Below are positions 50,138 through 63,540 of a stretch of 64,000 nucleotides of DNA, piece by piece. Both the position numbers and the translations under genes were made by a program. The first letter of the stretch is position 1. The number at the start of each line of letters is the position of its first letter. This stretch comes from Squalus acanthias (lineage: Eukaryota), in assembly GCA_030390025.1 (NCBI GenBank), contig CM059433.1, positions 10,294,001 to 10,358,000 on the forward strand, given 5' to 3'. The notes beneath the pieces were generated by a model that worked only from the letters and a program-made list of their open reading frames with translations, searched no databases and was not told the DNA's origin.

Positions 50138-52366
50138 GGGCCGCGATTTCGCCGACCGAGGCAGGTCCGGGGCGGCCGGGGTCGGTGTCATGGTCCCAGC
50201 CCGCTGCCTACTGCAGCCCACACTCTCCAAGCGACTTTTCATTAATAGGGCTTGTTGAGCCCGCCCTGCGAGGTTCCCGGCCAATTCATAGGAAGTGGGT
50301 CCGATGACGTCATTTGATGACACGTCATCAGCCGGTTTCCTTAAAGGGGCCATGTCCACATTGTTTTTGACAGTTGTGCTGTCAGTGTTCTACAGCATTG
50401 AGGTGCTGCAAACACTGACAAACACTGCACAGAGGTGCACGGCTGCACCCAGGCTCTCCCATGACTCCCTCCATATGCTTATGGAGGGAGTCACAGCACA
50501 CAGGGAGGTTATCTTCCCTTCCCATGGATGGAAGAAACCTTCCCAGGAGATCAACGCAGCCTGGTTGCACATTGCACAGGAGGGCACAAGCAGGGATGTC
50601 GTCTGGCAGACCAGGCTGCAGTGGCGCAAACCTTTCAATGATCTGAGCAGATCACGAAACATTACTGCCAAGCCACACTCAACCTCATCCTTGCAGTGCC
50701 AGTCATCACATCCCCATCACTCTACCTTCCCTACCCTACTCCTGCACATCCTTACTCACACCAACTTACCTTGCACCTCCGCCCATCCCTCTCTATCTAC
50801 ATTATCACTTCCCCATCTCACTAGTCACCCCTCACACTCACCCTCATCCCACTGCAAGCATACCAACTAACAACACACAAGGGTAGGCACTTGAGTGGTT
50901 TAGCCAGTGTTCATGTGAAGTTTCTATTAATGTGTTGTCAAACATTGAATCTATATTTTCAACACTTTACCTTATTGGACAGATCTGTGCTCAACTTTGG
51001 AAGTGTCTTAGTGAGTTCCAGTGAATGTTGAGACATAACTCCGCACCCCCCCAACCACCCCCCACGATTGTGATGAGTGTGAAAGGAATGGCTTGGACAT
51101 TGTGGTGATACTTTATGGTGCTGGTGTGGGGTGGTATCAACCTGGCGCATCATGTGGCAGCCAGGGTGTACAGCGTCAAGTGAAGTAAAACTGGCCATGG
51201 TGAGGTCATCCCTGGCCTCCCGGGCAGCAATATTGTCGGGTGTTGATGCCCTGTGTCCTGTGCAGCATCAGGTGATTGCGGAGAAGGTTGGTATTGTTGT
51301 TGGTGTGTCTGGTGATGTTGGTGTTGGGGCTGATCGTGGTGGGATTCTGAGGACCAAGGTGAGATTTTTTCAAGGGCACCGATGTTGCTGGAATAGATGG
51401 CAGCTGAAATTGAGATGACAGAAGCGATCTGTCAATGGTGAGAGAGCTTGCTCCAAGGAGGTGACAGTGGATAGAGAGTTTACTCCAAACACTTCCAAAC
51501 TGCATACAGCTCAAAAGTGTCTTCCAAGTCCTGAAGGCTCAAGCTTCTGACATTGGAAAGTGACCAGCTGTGAAATGGTAGCTTTCATACCACTTTTGCA
51601 GCTGTCACCTATTCACAGCAATGGGGAGACATAGAGAACCTGATCTACTTACCTGACATGATCTCCGAATGATGTGAACCTCGCTAAAAAAGTGGTAAAA
51701 TACAAATAGGCTGGCAAAATAGTAGTTAACAAGCGTTTAACAAGCATTTAATTATCTTAAATGCCTCCCCTGCCACTTGGTGACGGGGCAACACGGTGGC
51801 ATAGTGGTTAGCACTGGTGCCTCACAGCGCCAGGGACCCGGGTTCGAACCTGACCTAGGGTGACTGTCTGTGTGGAGTTTGCACATTCTCCCCGTGTCTG
51901 CGTGGGTTTCCTCCGGGTGCTCCGGTTTCCTCCCACAGTCCAAAAATGTGCGGGTTAGGTTGATTTGGCTATGATAAATTGACCCTTAGTGTTAGGGGGG
52001 GATTAAATATGTGGGGTTATGGGGATAGGATGGGATATGTTAGGGGGAATTAAATACGTGGGGTTACGGGGGTAGGGTGGGATATGTGTACTGTGGGGAT
52101 TAAAGCAGGGACAGGGTACTGGATTTGGATGATCAGCCATGATCGTATTGAATGGTGGAGCAGGCTCGACGGGCTGAATGGCCTACTCCTGCTCCTAGAT
52201 TCTATGTTTCTATGTTTCTATGTCTGTTCTGAAATCGCAGACCTGTCACTTTGGAAACTTACATGGAGGCGGGTTCGGAGCAGGCTCCCAACCCGCTGTC
52301 AATCATTTCGATTTTGACAGCAGACCCGCCTCTGAACCCACCCTCTGAGCGCCGACAAAATCATAG
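50138..52366. mobile_element. Internally deleted PIF/Harbinger element with Myb/SANT remnant
   Basis: Left TIR GGGCCGCGATTT. AAPRLSHDSLHMLMEGV..AWLHIAQE..WRKPFNDL on the plus strand (~50430-50660). The right end matches the right end of the 662-931 MITE but is clipped by a CR1 tail. Confidence 0.7.
51786..52222 (+). mobile_element. HE1-like V-SINE nested in the Harbinger element
   Basis: tRNA head, V-core, short internal tandem duplication and CR1 (ctatgttt)n tail. Confidence 0.85.
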
Positions 52367-55300
52367 GGTTACATAGGATATACGGCACAGAAACAGGCCA
52401 TTCGGCCCAACCAGTCCATGCCGGCATTTATGCTCCACTCGAGCCTCCTCCCGTCTTTCCTCATCTAAATCTATCAGCGTAACCCTCTATTCCCTTCTCC
52501 CTAATATGTTTGTCTAGCCTCCCCTTAAATGCATCTATACTATTCACTTCAACCACTCCCTGTGGTAGCGAGTTCCACATTCTCACCACTCTTTGGGTAA
52601 AGAAGGTTCTTCTGAATTCCCTATTGGATTTCTTGGTGACTATCTTATATTGATGGCCTCTAGTTATCCTCTTCCCCACAAGTGGAAACATTCTCTCTGT
52701 ATCCACTCTATCAAAATTTTTCATAATTTTAAAGACCTCTATTAGGTCACCTCCTCAGCCTTTTTTCAAGAGAAAAGAGACCCAGCCTGTTCATCCTTTC
52801 CTGATAGGTATACCCTCGCATTTCTGGTATTATCCTTGTAAATCTTCACTGTACCCTCTCCAGTGCCTCTATATTCTTTTTATAATATGGTGACCAGAAC
52901 TGTACGCAGTACTCTAAGTGTGGTCTAACCAAGGTTCGATACAGGTTTAGCATAACTTCCCTACTTTTCAATTCTATCCCTCTAGAAATAAACCCTAGTG
53001 TTTTTTTTTATGGCCTTGCTAACCTCCGTCGCAACTTTTAGTGATTTATGAATTTGTACTATGAGATCCATTTGTTCCTCTACCCCACCTAGACTCGCAT
53101 CCTCCTACTTCTTCTTCTTCTTAGGCAGTCCCTCGGAACCGAAGATGACTTGCTTCCACATTAAAAATGAGTTCTCTGGTACTGATGAGTCCAATGCGGG
53201 ACCTACAGTCTCTGTCACAGGTGGGGCAGATGGTGGTTGAAGGGGCGGGTGGGTGGGGTGCTTGGGTTTACGTGCGCTCCTTCCGCTGTTTGTGTTTGGC
53301 CTCCGCTTGCTCCTGGCGAAGAGACTCAAGGTATTTGGCGCCTTCCCGGGTGCTTCTCCTCCACTTTGTGCGGTCTTGGGCCAGGGATTCCCAGGTGTCG
53401 GTGGGGATGTTGCACTTTTTCAAGGAGGCTTTGAGGGTGTCCTTGAAGCGTTTCCTCTGCCCACCTGGGGCTCTCTTGCTGTGTTGGAGCTCCGAGTAGA
53501 GCGCTTGTTTTGGGAGTCTCATATCGGGCATGCGGACGATGTGACCCGTCCATCGGAGCTGATCGAGCGTGGTCAAAGCTTCGATGCTGGGGATGTTGGC
53601 CTGAGTGAGAACACTGACGTTGGTGCGCCTATCCTGCCAATGGATTTGCAGGATCTTGCGGAGGCAGCATTGGTGGTACCTCTCCAGTGCTTTGAGGTGC
53701 CTGCTGTACATGGTCCATGTCTCTGAGGCATACAGGAGGGCGGGTATTACTACTGCTCTGTAGACCATGAGCTTGGTGCCGGGTTTGAGGTCCTGGTCTT
53801 CAAACACTCTCTTCCTCAGGTGACCGAAGGCTGCACTGGCACACTGAAGGCGGTGTTGGACTTCGTCATCGACGTCTGCCCTTGTTGACAGTAGGCTCCC
53901 GAGGTATGGAAAGTGGTCCACGTTGTCCAAGGCCTTGTCATGGATTTTGATAATCGGGGGGCAGTACTGTGTGGTGGGGGCAGGTTGGTAGAGGACCTTT
54001 GTCTTACGGATGTTTAGTGTAAGGCCCATGCTCTCTTAGGCTTCGATGAAGGTGTTAATGATGGTTTGGAGTTCGACCTCCAAGTGTGCGCAGACGCAAG
54101 CGTCGTCTGCGTACTGTAATTCGATGACAGAGGAAGGGACGACCTTGGATCTGGACTGGAGGCGACGGAGGTTGAACAGTTTCCCGTTTGTTCTGTAAAT
54201 TAGCTCCACTCCAGCGGGGAGCTTACTGAGGGTGAGATGGAGCATTGCCGCAAGGAAGATCGAGAAGAGCATTGGTGCGATGACACAGCCTTGCTTGACC
54301 CCGGTCCGTACATGAATTGGGTCTGTGGTGGAACCGTTGGTCAGGATCACGGCTTGCATGTCGTCGTGAAGCAGGTGGAGGATGGTGACAAACTTTTGAG
54401 GGCAGCCAAATTTGCGGAGGACATTCCATAATCCCTCACGGTTGACATTGTCAAAGGCCTTTGTGAGGTCAAAGAAGGCCATGTACAGCGGTTGGCGCTG
54501 TTCCCTGCATTTCTCTTGTAATTGGCGTGCGGTGAAGATCATGTCCATTGTGCCCCTTAGAGGGCGGAATCCGCATTGCGACTCTGGGAGGAGCTCTTCA
54601 GCCACTGGGAGAAGGCGATTGAGGAGGATTCTTGCAATGACTTTCCCTGTGGCAGACAGCAGGTCTGATAAGTGACAAGTGACCAAGTGATAAGTGACCT
54701 CCCTATTCTTCCTACCAAAATGTAATGCCTCACATTTATCTGTGTTGAACTTCATTTGCCAATTAAATGCCCATTCTACAAGTTTATTAATGTCCTCCTG
54801 AAATTTGTTGCAATCCTCCTCAGTATTGACTATCCCCCCAATTTGGTGTCATCCGCAAATTGAGAAATTGTGTTTTTGATTCCAAAGTCTAAATTGTTAA
54901 TGTAAATTGTGAACAGCCATGGTCCCAGCACTAATCCATATGGAACACCACTACCCACCTTCTGCCACTCTGAATAGCTACCTTTACTCCTACTCTGTGC
55001 TTTCTGTCCTGAAGCCAGCCAGCAATCCATTCTGCTACTTGTCCCCTGACTCCGCATTCTCTGACCTTGTTCATCGGTCTATTATGGGAGACCTTATCGA
55101 AGGCCTTTTGAAAATCCAGATAAATGACATCTACTGCATTACCATTGTCTACTCTCTCTGTTACCTCTTCAAAAAATTCAAAAAATTCAATAAGGTTGGT
55201 CAAGCAAGACTTTTGCTTTTGAAATCCATGCTGACTATTCAATATTATATTTTTGGTTTCTAGATGTTCTTCTATTTTCTCCTTTAGTAGGGATTCCATT

Positions 55301-56310
55301 ATTTTTCCTACCACTGATGTTATGCTGGCTGGTCTATAATTCCCTGGACATGTTCTATCCCCCTTCTTAAATATCGGTATTATAGTAGCTATCTGCCAGT
55401 CCTCTGGCACTACACCTTTTTCTAACGAATTATTAAATATGTGTAGTAATGCCTCTGCTATCTCTTCCCTAGATTCTTTTAAACTGCGTGGATGCAATCC
55501 ATCTAGACCAGGGGTTTTATCCTCTTTGAGCTTGATTAGTTTATTTAATATATCCCCTTTTTTATTTTAACTACACTTATCTCATTACTAATCTCATCAT
55601 CCAATGTCATGTCCACCTGTTCTAGCTCCCTGGTAAATACTGAAGCAAAATAATTATTTAATATTTCTGCAATCTCTCTATCGTTACCTGTGGTATTATC
55701 TTGACTATCCCTTAATGGCTCTATTCCCATCCCAACCTTCCTTTTTTTATTGATGTGCCTATAAAATATTTTACTATTTTGTTTTATGTTCCTTGATAAT
55801 TTAATTTCATAGTTCCTCTTTGCCTCCCTAATTGTTTATTTGACTTCTCTTCTAATCATTTCATATTCTCCTTTATCATGCACTCCCCTACTGTCTATGT
55901 ACTTAATGTATGCCTCTTTCCTTACCCTCAATTGTTCCCTTATGGCTTTATTCATCCATGGAGTCTCATTATTGTTTAGTTTATTCTTTTCTTTTAGCGG
56001 AATATATTTTTCCTGCACTCTGTTGAACACCGTTTTAAATGTTTCCCATTGCTGTTCTACATCGTTGTTTGCCAATATTGTTGCCCATTTTCTCCCCCAA
56101 GTTCTATTCTCAGCCCCTCAAAATCAGCTTTTCTCCAATCTATTAAGCTGGTTTTTGTCATACTTATGCCCTTCTCTATTATCATCTTAAAGCGTATTAT
56201 ATTATGGTCACGATTGCCAATATGTTCCCCTACTTTTACTTCTCTTATCTGCTCTGGTTCATTCCCCATTACTAGATCCAATAGCGAATCCTCCCTTGTT
56301 GGGCTTTTTA
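52367..56310 (-). mobile_element. 5'-truncated CR1 LINE, interrupted by an RTE
   Basis: LLDLVMGNE, NYRPASIT, YLDFQKAFDKV, FADDTKLGG and FFTQRVVRMWNSLP motifs on both sides of 53105-54662. Confidence 0.88.
53105..54662 (-). mobile_element. 5'-truncated RTE-clade LINE (RT plus C-terminus) with premature stop
   Basis: ESQCGFR, FFDLTKAFD, GVKQGC, LQYADD, YLGS and C-terminal zinc-finger region; TAA at 54036-54038. Confidence 0.9.
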
Positions 56311-58791
56311 CAATGCGGCCCTGGTTTCTCTCTCCCCCTCCCTTCTTAAACAGTGGAGTGACATTTGCAATTTTCCAATCCAAAGACTCAATTCCTGAAT
56401 TTAGAGAGCATTAGAAAGTTATAACTAACGCAGCTGCAATTTCCTTACCTATTTCTTTTAATACCCTGAGGTGGAAACCATCAGATCCTGAAGAGTTGTC
56501 TATCCAGTGTTGCTGATTTTTTTTTAAACTAAGTGTACAACTGGAAACTTGCCAATCAGTTCAAAAACATTGATTAAAAATACAACTTATGAGTGGAATT
56601 TTCTCCACATTTGATAATGCAAGAGGAGAAAATGTTATCTAGTTCTAACACCTTTCAAAAATGCACCTTTTAGAATAGCAGTCTGATAACACAGGTAGAC
56701 CAACCGAACAGCCATAGGTTATGGTCCCAGGGCTGCCTGTCACTCAAAGATAAATATCACTGCCTGTGAGTGCCTTTACCCAATAGATATACTGGAATGT
56801 GATAGTGGGATGCTCCATCTTGTAGGCGGGGGAGGGGAAGGACTGGTAAAGTTAGCTCATTCTACTGCAGAAATATCCTCTGTCGTCTGATTATGCAGCA
56901 GATCATGTCTGTGCCACAGTGTATATCTCCCATTCCCAGTTAAAAGAGACTTCCAGAGAGTTGTTCCAGTGAGGAAATAAAAATGACAGGAAAAAGTAAA
57001 CAAGAAATATCCTCAAGGTTTAAAAACACATAATTTTCACAGTTAGGGAGACCTTACATTCGGAAGTCACTTTGATGTCTCAAAACCAAAGAATCTGCTC
57101 CTAGATTCTATGTTTCTATGTTTCTAATCTGCTTCTGTTTTAATTTAAAGAATGAGACTGGATTTTAATGATGAAAAAGGTGACATTTCTACAGAGCAAT
57201 GAATTGAAACAATGCTGGTTGCAGAATTAACTATCGATGTCACCTTCCTAGACTTTGAAATGCAAGTTATTTTTTCAAATCTTAAATGTGCAAAAATTCA
57301 AGAAACCTTATTTGTTTTATTGGAACTCCCTATGAAAGCAAAAGGATTCTGTTCCTTTCAGGGTTAATGCAAATTAACAGAAACATATTTGCATTTAGTC
57401 TGGGTTGCTGGTTTCACTCTGAAATTAAGATTAGAAAACTTACTGAAGTAACCATTTGGTGGGTGTATATTTGAAAAAAATATGGTAGGTGTGAGGAGGG
57501 TCATGTTATTTTTAATTGACAGATCAGGGGTGTGTGAACTTAGCCAAGGTGTGTGTGAACTTAGCAAAGGTAGGGTTAACCGTCTGTCCCCCTTGATCTT
57601 TCCTTCCCCTCCTTCTCCCAGGAGATGGAATAGCTGATCATTAGATACCCTTACACTGCCCACCAAGAACTACAAACATATTTTCCCTGATGTACAACCA
57701 GTCCCAAGACTCAAGCCTGTGGCCTTCTGGTTGGAAGGCAAGTCCTTTGACTGATTAGTTTGAAGCATACAGTTCTATATTGATGCAGGTTAGATAGGAG
57801 ATATGCAGGCTCCATGTAGTGGTGGGTGGGGGGTGGAGGAGGGGGTTGGAGATGATGGTGGAAGAAGTGAGAACGCCATTTTTGCACATCTTCCACCAAA
57901 CTTACGGCTGATGATTGGCAGGATCAGTGAAAGCAGCTGCAGTTTGTCATGCAGAGTGTGTCGGGTGAGGTAGTGGAAATTCAACCCCTAAGATTTTAAG
58001 TCCTAAGTCTCCCAGATATAGCTCTGTTTGAATATCTCTGTAATCTTGTAGATTTAATTGATGGTTCTTGTGTGGACTTGGGTAAATGTGTAGCCTCCAA
58101 ATCAACTGTGTTATTTTGTTGGATTTACTGCAACCCAAATGCGGAGGGTCCAATGTCAAACTGTGTATTTTATGAACCTGATCTGAATTTAGACGCGTTT
58201 CTAGTCTTTCAACTTACTCCCCACAAAATCTCACAGTATGTAACACCCACACCCAACTCTGCCGTCACACAACTTCTACACTGTCAAGCAGGGAATATTG
58301 AATAGTAAACAGGAATGGCAACCATGGCTGGTTCTTTCCATTCTTTCCATCTAAGGGAGACTGAGGCTAATCAGTGCCCTAAATGAGACCAACTCAGCAT
58401 AGAACAGGGATTGAATTTGGGTTCTTCCAGGTCCACGATGCTGAATTCCATACTACGCCATGCATTTACCCTCTTAACCATTGGGTGGAATCTACAGACT
58501 GATAAAATTATGCAGCTTCAGCTGGACAGGCCTTAATAATGTCTTGCTGTTTGTATGACTTTGCTGCTTTCAGTTGGCAAAGTCCAATTTCCTTATAGTG
58601 AAAGGACTGGTTGCTTTCTGTGAGCATATGGATGTTTGAGACCACATCTTCCCCACAACCGGTGATATAAATAAATGATACACAAATGATAATGTTGCAT
58701 GTGTTACATCCAAGTAGTTCACCCGAAGAGGATAGCTGGGAAACTGGTGGCCGCACTACGGTTTATGATCACTATCATAGAGTCATAGAGT

Positions 58792-59658
58792 CGGCTGGAT
58801 TTTGCCAGCCCTGAGGAGGCGGGTTTGGAGGCGGGACTGCTGGGAAAATCCCCCAAAATAGGAGCGGGTCCCAAACCCGCACCCAACCCACCTCCAACCA
58901 ATCTTCCCGGGAGTCGGGTCCCCGATTTGCGCAGGGTCCCGACTCCTAGCGGCGGGAAGAGGATTATAGCCACTTAACTGCCTGTTAACAGGTAGTTAAC
59001 AGGCAGTTAAGAGGCTTTTTCTCATTTTTCGACTTCTGCTGCGGGCTTCCCGACGTCAGGGAACCCTGCCAGGGTAAGTGAGGCATGCTGTGGGTCTGTT
59101 GTCATGTTTGTGTATAGATGACAGCTGCAGAAGTGGTGTGAAGGATGCAATGGGACACTGGTGAGTATCAGAGGTAAGGAAATGTTGGGGAAGTCATTTT
59201 TAATGTGTTTAGATTTATCTGTAGGTGACAAGCTTTGAAGTGTTTGTGTGGCCTCACCTCATTGGGAGAAGTGACAGATCGCTTCTGTACCCTCACCCGC
59301 AGCTGCCATCTGTTTCATCCTAAGGAGAGAGTCACTGGAGAGCCTGGGTACAAGGGCTCACCTTTGTACAGTGATTGTCAGTGTTTGACAGCACCTCAAT
59401 GCTATCAAATACTGTCAAATCATCTGTCAAAAAGTTATGGTTCATGTGCCTTTAAGAAAACCGGCAGATGAAGCATCATCCACTGACGTCATCTGACACC
59501 GGCTTTCCCTTAATTGGCCAGCAAGCCCGCAGGGCGGGCTTAACAAGGCCAATCAGGGCAAAATAGCGTCTGTTCGTCAGACGTCGCTGGGTACGGGACT
59601 AGAACCTGGAAGCCAGCAGTCCCGCCCCCAACACGTCTCGGTGAGTAAAATCCAGCCC
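58792..59658. mobile_element. Harbinger-type non-autonomous element, inverted relative of 18346-19191
   Basis: Ends CGGCTGGATTTT / AAAATCCAGCCC; internal similarity to the reverse complement of 18346-19191. Confidence 0.7.
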
Positions 59659-62073
59659 ATAGAGTCTGATACTAACCAGTGTCCCATTGTATCCAGCAAA
59701 AACTCTTACCCAAGGGGTCCAGAGATTTAAAAAAACTGTGGCAGAAGGCTGGCTCGTTGATTTCAAAATAATGGCCTGCACTTGACAAAGTTGGGACCAG
59801 GGGTTATTGCAGCAAATTATCAAGCCTTAAATACTCCAATTTCCTTGTTTGGTTTTACTTTTCAAATCAACACAGTTTAACAGTTTAAAACAGTTGCAAT
59901 TACAGATCAAACAAACTCCCAAATATGACATTGTGTGAGTAACAATAAAATGTGGCCGAAGCCTAAACTAACACTGTGCATAATTCCCGTCAGAATGGAA
60001 TGTAAAGCATTACTTGGCTGGCAAGAGCTAAACTAAGGCAACTCAAAGTAGTTATTATGGACACGTTTTTAGATGGTTTCAATAGATCAGTAAAGTTCAA
60101 CCAGGACCAAAAGGCACGAGGGAGTCCAGTCTGCATTTTATGAAACCCACAGGGTTTTCAGTTCCTCTTATTCTCTTTCTTATGGTGGATTCTTGCAGGC
60201 CATTGAGCTGTGTTAAAACCACATAGGAAATTGTATTGTGTGTGGCTTGCGATGGACAGGTTCAGAGAACATAAAGGAGTCCTACCGGGCTAAGCATGTG
60301 TATAACATCACAATGCAGTCTTACTCCCATTGTGCTTTCCACAAAGAGATTGACTACTGCAGTGTTTTGCCAGTTCTACAAAAACAGTTTAAAAATATAA
60401 ATCACAAACAAAATAAATTTTCATTTAGAAACAGTGACAAAATCGTTGAGAAAATTCAGGCATCTTCATGTTAAATTTAATGATCTCTGCTAAATACTTA
60501 AAAGGCAAATCTCAGTGCTTGGATTGAACAGAAAAATCTGTTCTGTTAACAAAATGTGAACTCTCTTGTTTCATATACCATTTGCTAAGGTTAAATCATA
60601 TTACATGCTGATTATAAACTGTAATTTGAAATTTTAAGTCAGCCAGATGAAATTTAAAAATGTCACATGTTGGGAAAATAAACTAAATTGAAGTTTATGC
60701 TATTTTTGATTTGAGTGTAGGAATTCTACTGTGATTCTTACATGCTTTTATATAGTGTGACAGTTAGACTACCTCTCGAGCTGCCAAGCCTCTCGAGCCG
60801 GCCTTTGCGAGTCTTGGCAGCTTTACTTTTTGGTTTGTGGCCTGCTGTGCTTGATCTGCACTTGGAGAACCTAAGGGCGCTGGCATTAGTTAAGCATTTA
60901 GTTAATCTGGGTTCTTTATCCACTTCGCTATTTACACTAATTCTCAGATTCATTTGGTAGCAGACAATCTGAGTAATGCAAAGAACACGAATGAGCACTT
61001 ACATAGCACATTGTTGCTCCATATGCAAAAATGCTTATCCTTACTTTACAAAAAAAACCACATTTGCATTACAGGTGCTGTCAAGATCTGTTCCAGTTTG
61101 CCAAAGTGTTTGAACCTAATACTGCACATCAGAGATCACATCACTGGTTACAAGATGACTCTTCCATGTGTAGTACAGATTGCAATTGCCAAATCCCTGC
61201 TAGAGCAAGCCATACCCATCTGATGTGATTTTGGTCTTCTCTTGAATTTTTCTACCCTCTCCTGAAGGCACTAACTCTTGATGGTGTACGGCTCCTCAGA
61301 TGCTGGTCGTCCTCTGATACCTTGCCCAAGTGGTTAACATCACGGGGGTAACCTTAACCTAAGCTGCTCAGTGGGAAACTGATGCAATTGGATTGGCTGC
61401 TCGTTTTGCACCTTGCCCAATTTTCCTTTCCATTGACCTTAGTGGAAAAATAAAATTGGGCAGCGCGTAAAATTGCTGTGGGGAAATTTCCCCCCCAATT
61501 AGGTCAGCATTGCTAAATTTTAGGATTAGCAGACTATGTAAGATGAAAGACGTTCCAGAAATTCCAAATCCTGTTATCAATGGGCATTTTCCAGCAGGAG
61601 TCATTGGACAGCAATCAGGAGCGGGGGGCCCGAGCTGATTTTTATCCTCCTTAGTAGACAGTGCCGAAGATTTCGAGCAGCACCCCTACTATTGTGTTCA
61701 CCAAGATCAGCTAAACCAGCACAGTCCTAGGACCTTCTGATATGTGTGGCTAAGTACCATGCCACATAGTGCGTTTACCTGCCAAGCCATCAGGCACTCA
61801 CCAGATGGGTTGGTTTCACGCAGCACTGATCTGCACACATGCCAATATAAGTTGACAGGAAGCCTGACGACAAATTAACTATACTTAAAGTACCAATTTC
61901 CTCTGTTCCAGCCACTCCTCTTGTTAAAAAGGTAAACGATTCTTCCACAAATACATTTGTAGTGTGTACATGCACAATAGATTAAAAAAATAAATCAGAT
62001 TGAAGAAAAATAAACCAAGTTTAAGGTGAAGCTGTTGTCCTTATGTTAAAGTAGAAGAGGAACTAGATACAAA

Positions 62074-62655
62074 ACAACAACAACAACAACTTGTATTTAT
62101 ATAGCGCCTTTAACGTAGTAAAACGTCCCAAGGCGCTGTACAGGAGTATTTTAAGACAAAAGATTTGACACCGAGCCACATAAGGATAAATTAGGGCAGG
62201 TGACCAAAAGCTTGTTCAAAGAGGGCGGTTTTAAGGAGCGTCTTAAAGGAGGAAAGAGAGGTAGGGAGGCGGAGAGGTTTAGGCAGGGAATTCCAGAGCT
62301 TAGGGCCCAGGCAACAGAAGGCACGGCCACCAAAGGTTGAGCGATTATAATCAGGGATGCTCAAGAGGGCAGAATTAGAGGAGCTCAGATATCTTGTGGA
62401 GCTGGAGGAGATTACAGAGATAGGAAGAGGTGTGGCTATGGAGGGATTTGAAAACAAGGATGAGGATTTTGAAATCGAGACGCTGCTGAACTGGGAGCCA
62501 ATGTAGGTCAGCGAGCACAGGGGGTGATGGGTGAGCGGGACTTGGTGCGAGTTAGGACACGGGCAGCCGAGTTTTGGATGACCTCAAGTGTACGTAGGGT
62601 GGAATGTGGGAGGCCAGCCAGGAGTGCCTTGGAATAGTCAAGTCTAGAGGTAACA
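62074..62655 (-). mobile_element. L2-type LINE 3' region
   Basis: GGRAFCCLGPKLWNSLPK..SSFKTLLKT..FEQAF and (CAA)n tail. Confidence 0.8.
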
Positions 62656-62929
62656 AAAAACAAAAAAAAAACAGGTAAGAGGCAAGCTTTGGACTGATAT
62701 CAGGAAGCACTTTTTTTTACACAAATGGCCTTCCAGATAGATTAGAGGATGCAAACACTCTGGAACTGTTCAAGAGGGAGTCAGACGCTAAAGGCATTTT
62801 TATGGAAGAATACGCTAGATGGACTGAATGATCTCCTTCATCTGTACTTATCTTTGTGATCTTAGTATAACGATAGCAAAAATATATTGTGCACATGGTG
62901 CAAATTAATGTACTTTGCTACCAGACTAG

Positions 62930-63540
62930 ATACATGGACCGTGTACAGCAGGCATCTCAAAGCACTGGAGAGGTACCACCAACGTTGCCTCCGCAAGATC
63001 CTGCAAATCCGATAGGCGCACCAACATTAGTGTTCTCGCTCAGGCCAACATCCCCAGCATCGAAGCTTTGACCACGCTCGATCAGCTCCGATGGACGGGT
63101 CACATCGTCCGCATGCCCGATACGAGACTCCCAAAACAAGCGCTCTACTTGGAGCTCAGCACGACAAGAGAGCCCCAGGTGGGCAGAGGAAACGCTTCAA
63201 GGACATCCTCAAAGCCTCCTTGAAAAAGTGCAACATCCCCACCGACACCTGGGAATCCCTGGCCCAAGACCGCACAAAGTGGAGGAGAAGCACCCGGGAA
63301 GGCGCCGAACACCTCGAGTCTCTTCGCCGGGAGCAAGCGGAAGCCAAGCGCAAGCAGCGGAAGGAGCGCACGTCAACCCAAGCACCCCACTCACCCGCCC
63401 CTTCAACCACCGTCTGCCCCACCTGTGACAGAGACTGTAGGTCCCGCATTGGACTCATCAGTCACCTGAGAACTCATTTTTAGTGTGGAAGCAGGTCATC
63501 CTCGGTTCCGAGGGACTGCCTAAGTAGTAGTAAGTAGTAG
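62930..63540 (+). mobile_element. RTE-clade LINE 3' end with small deletions
   Basis: Near-identical to the 35999 and 53105 copies; (TAG)n tail. Confidence 0.85.
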
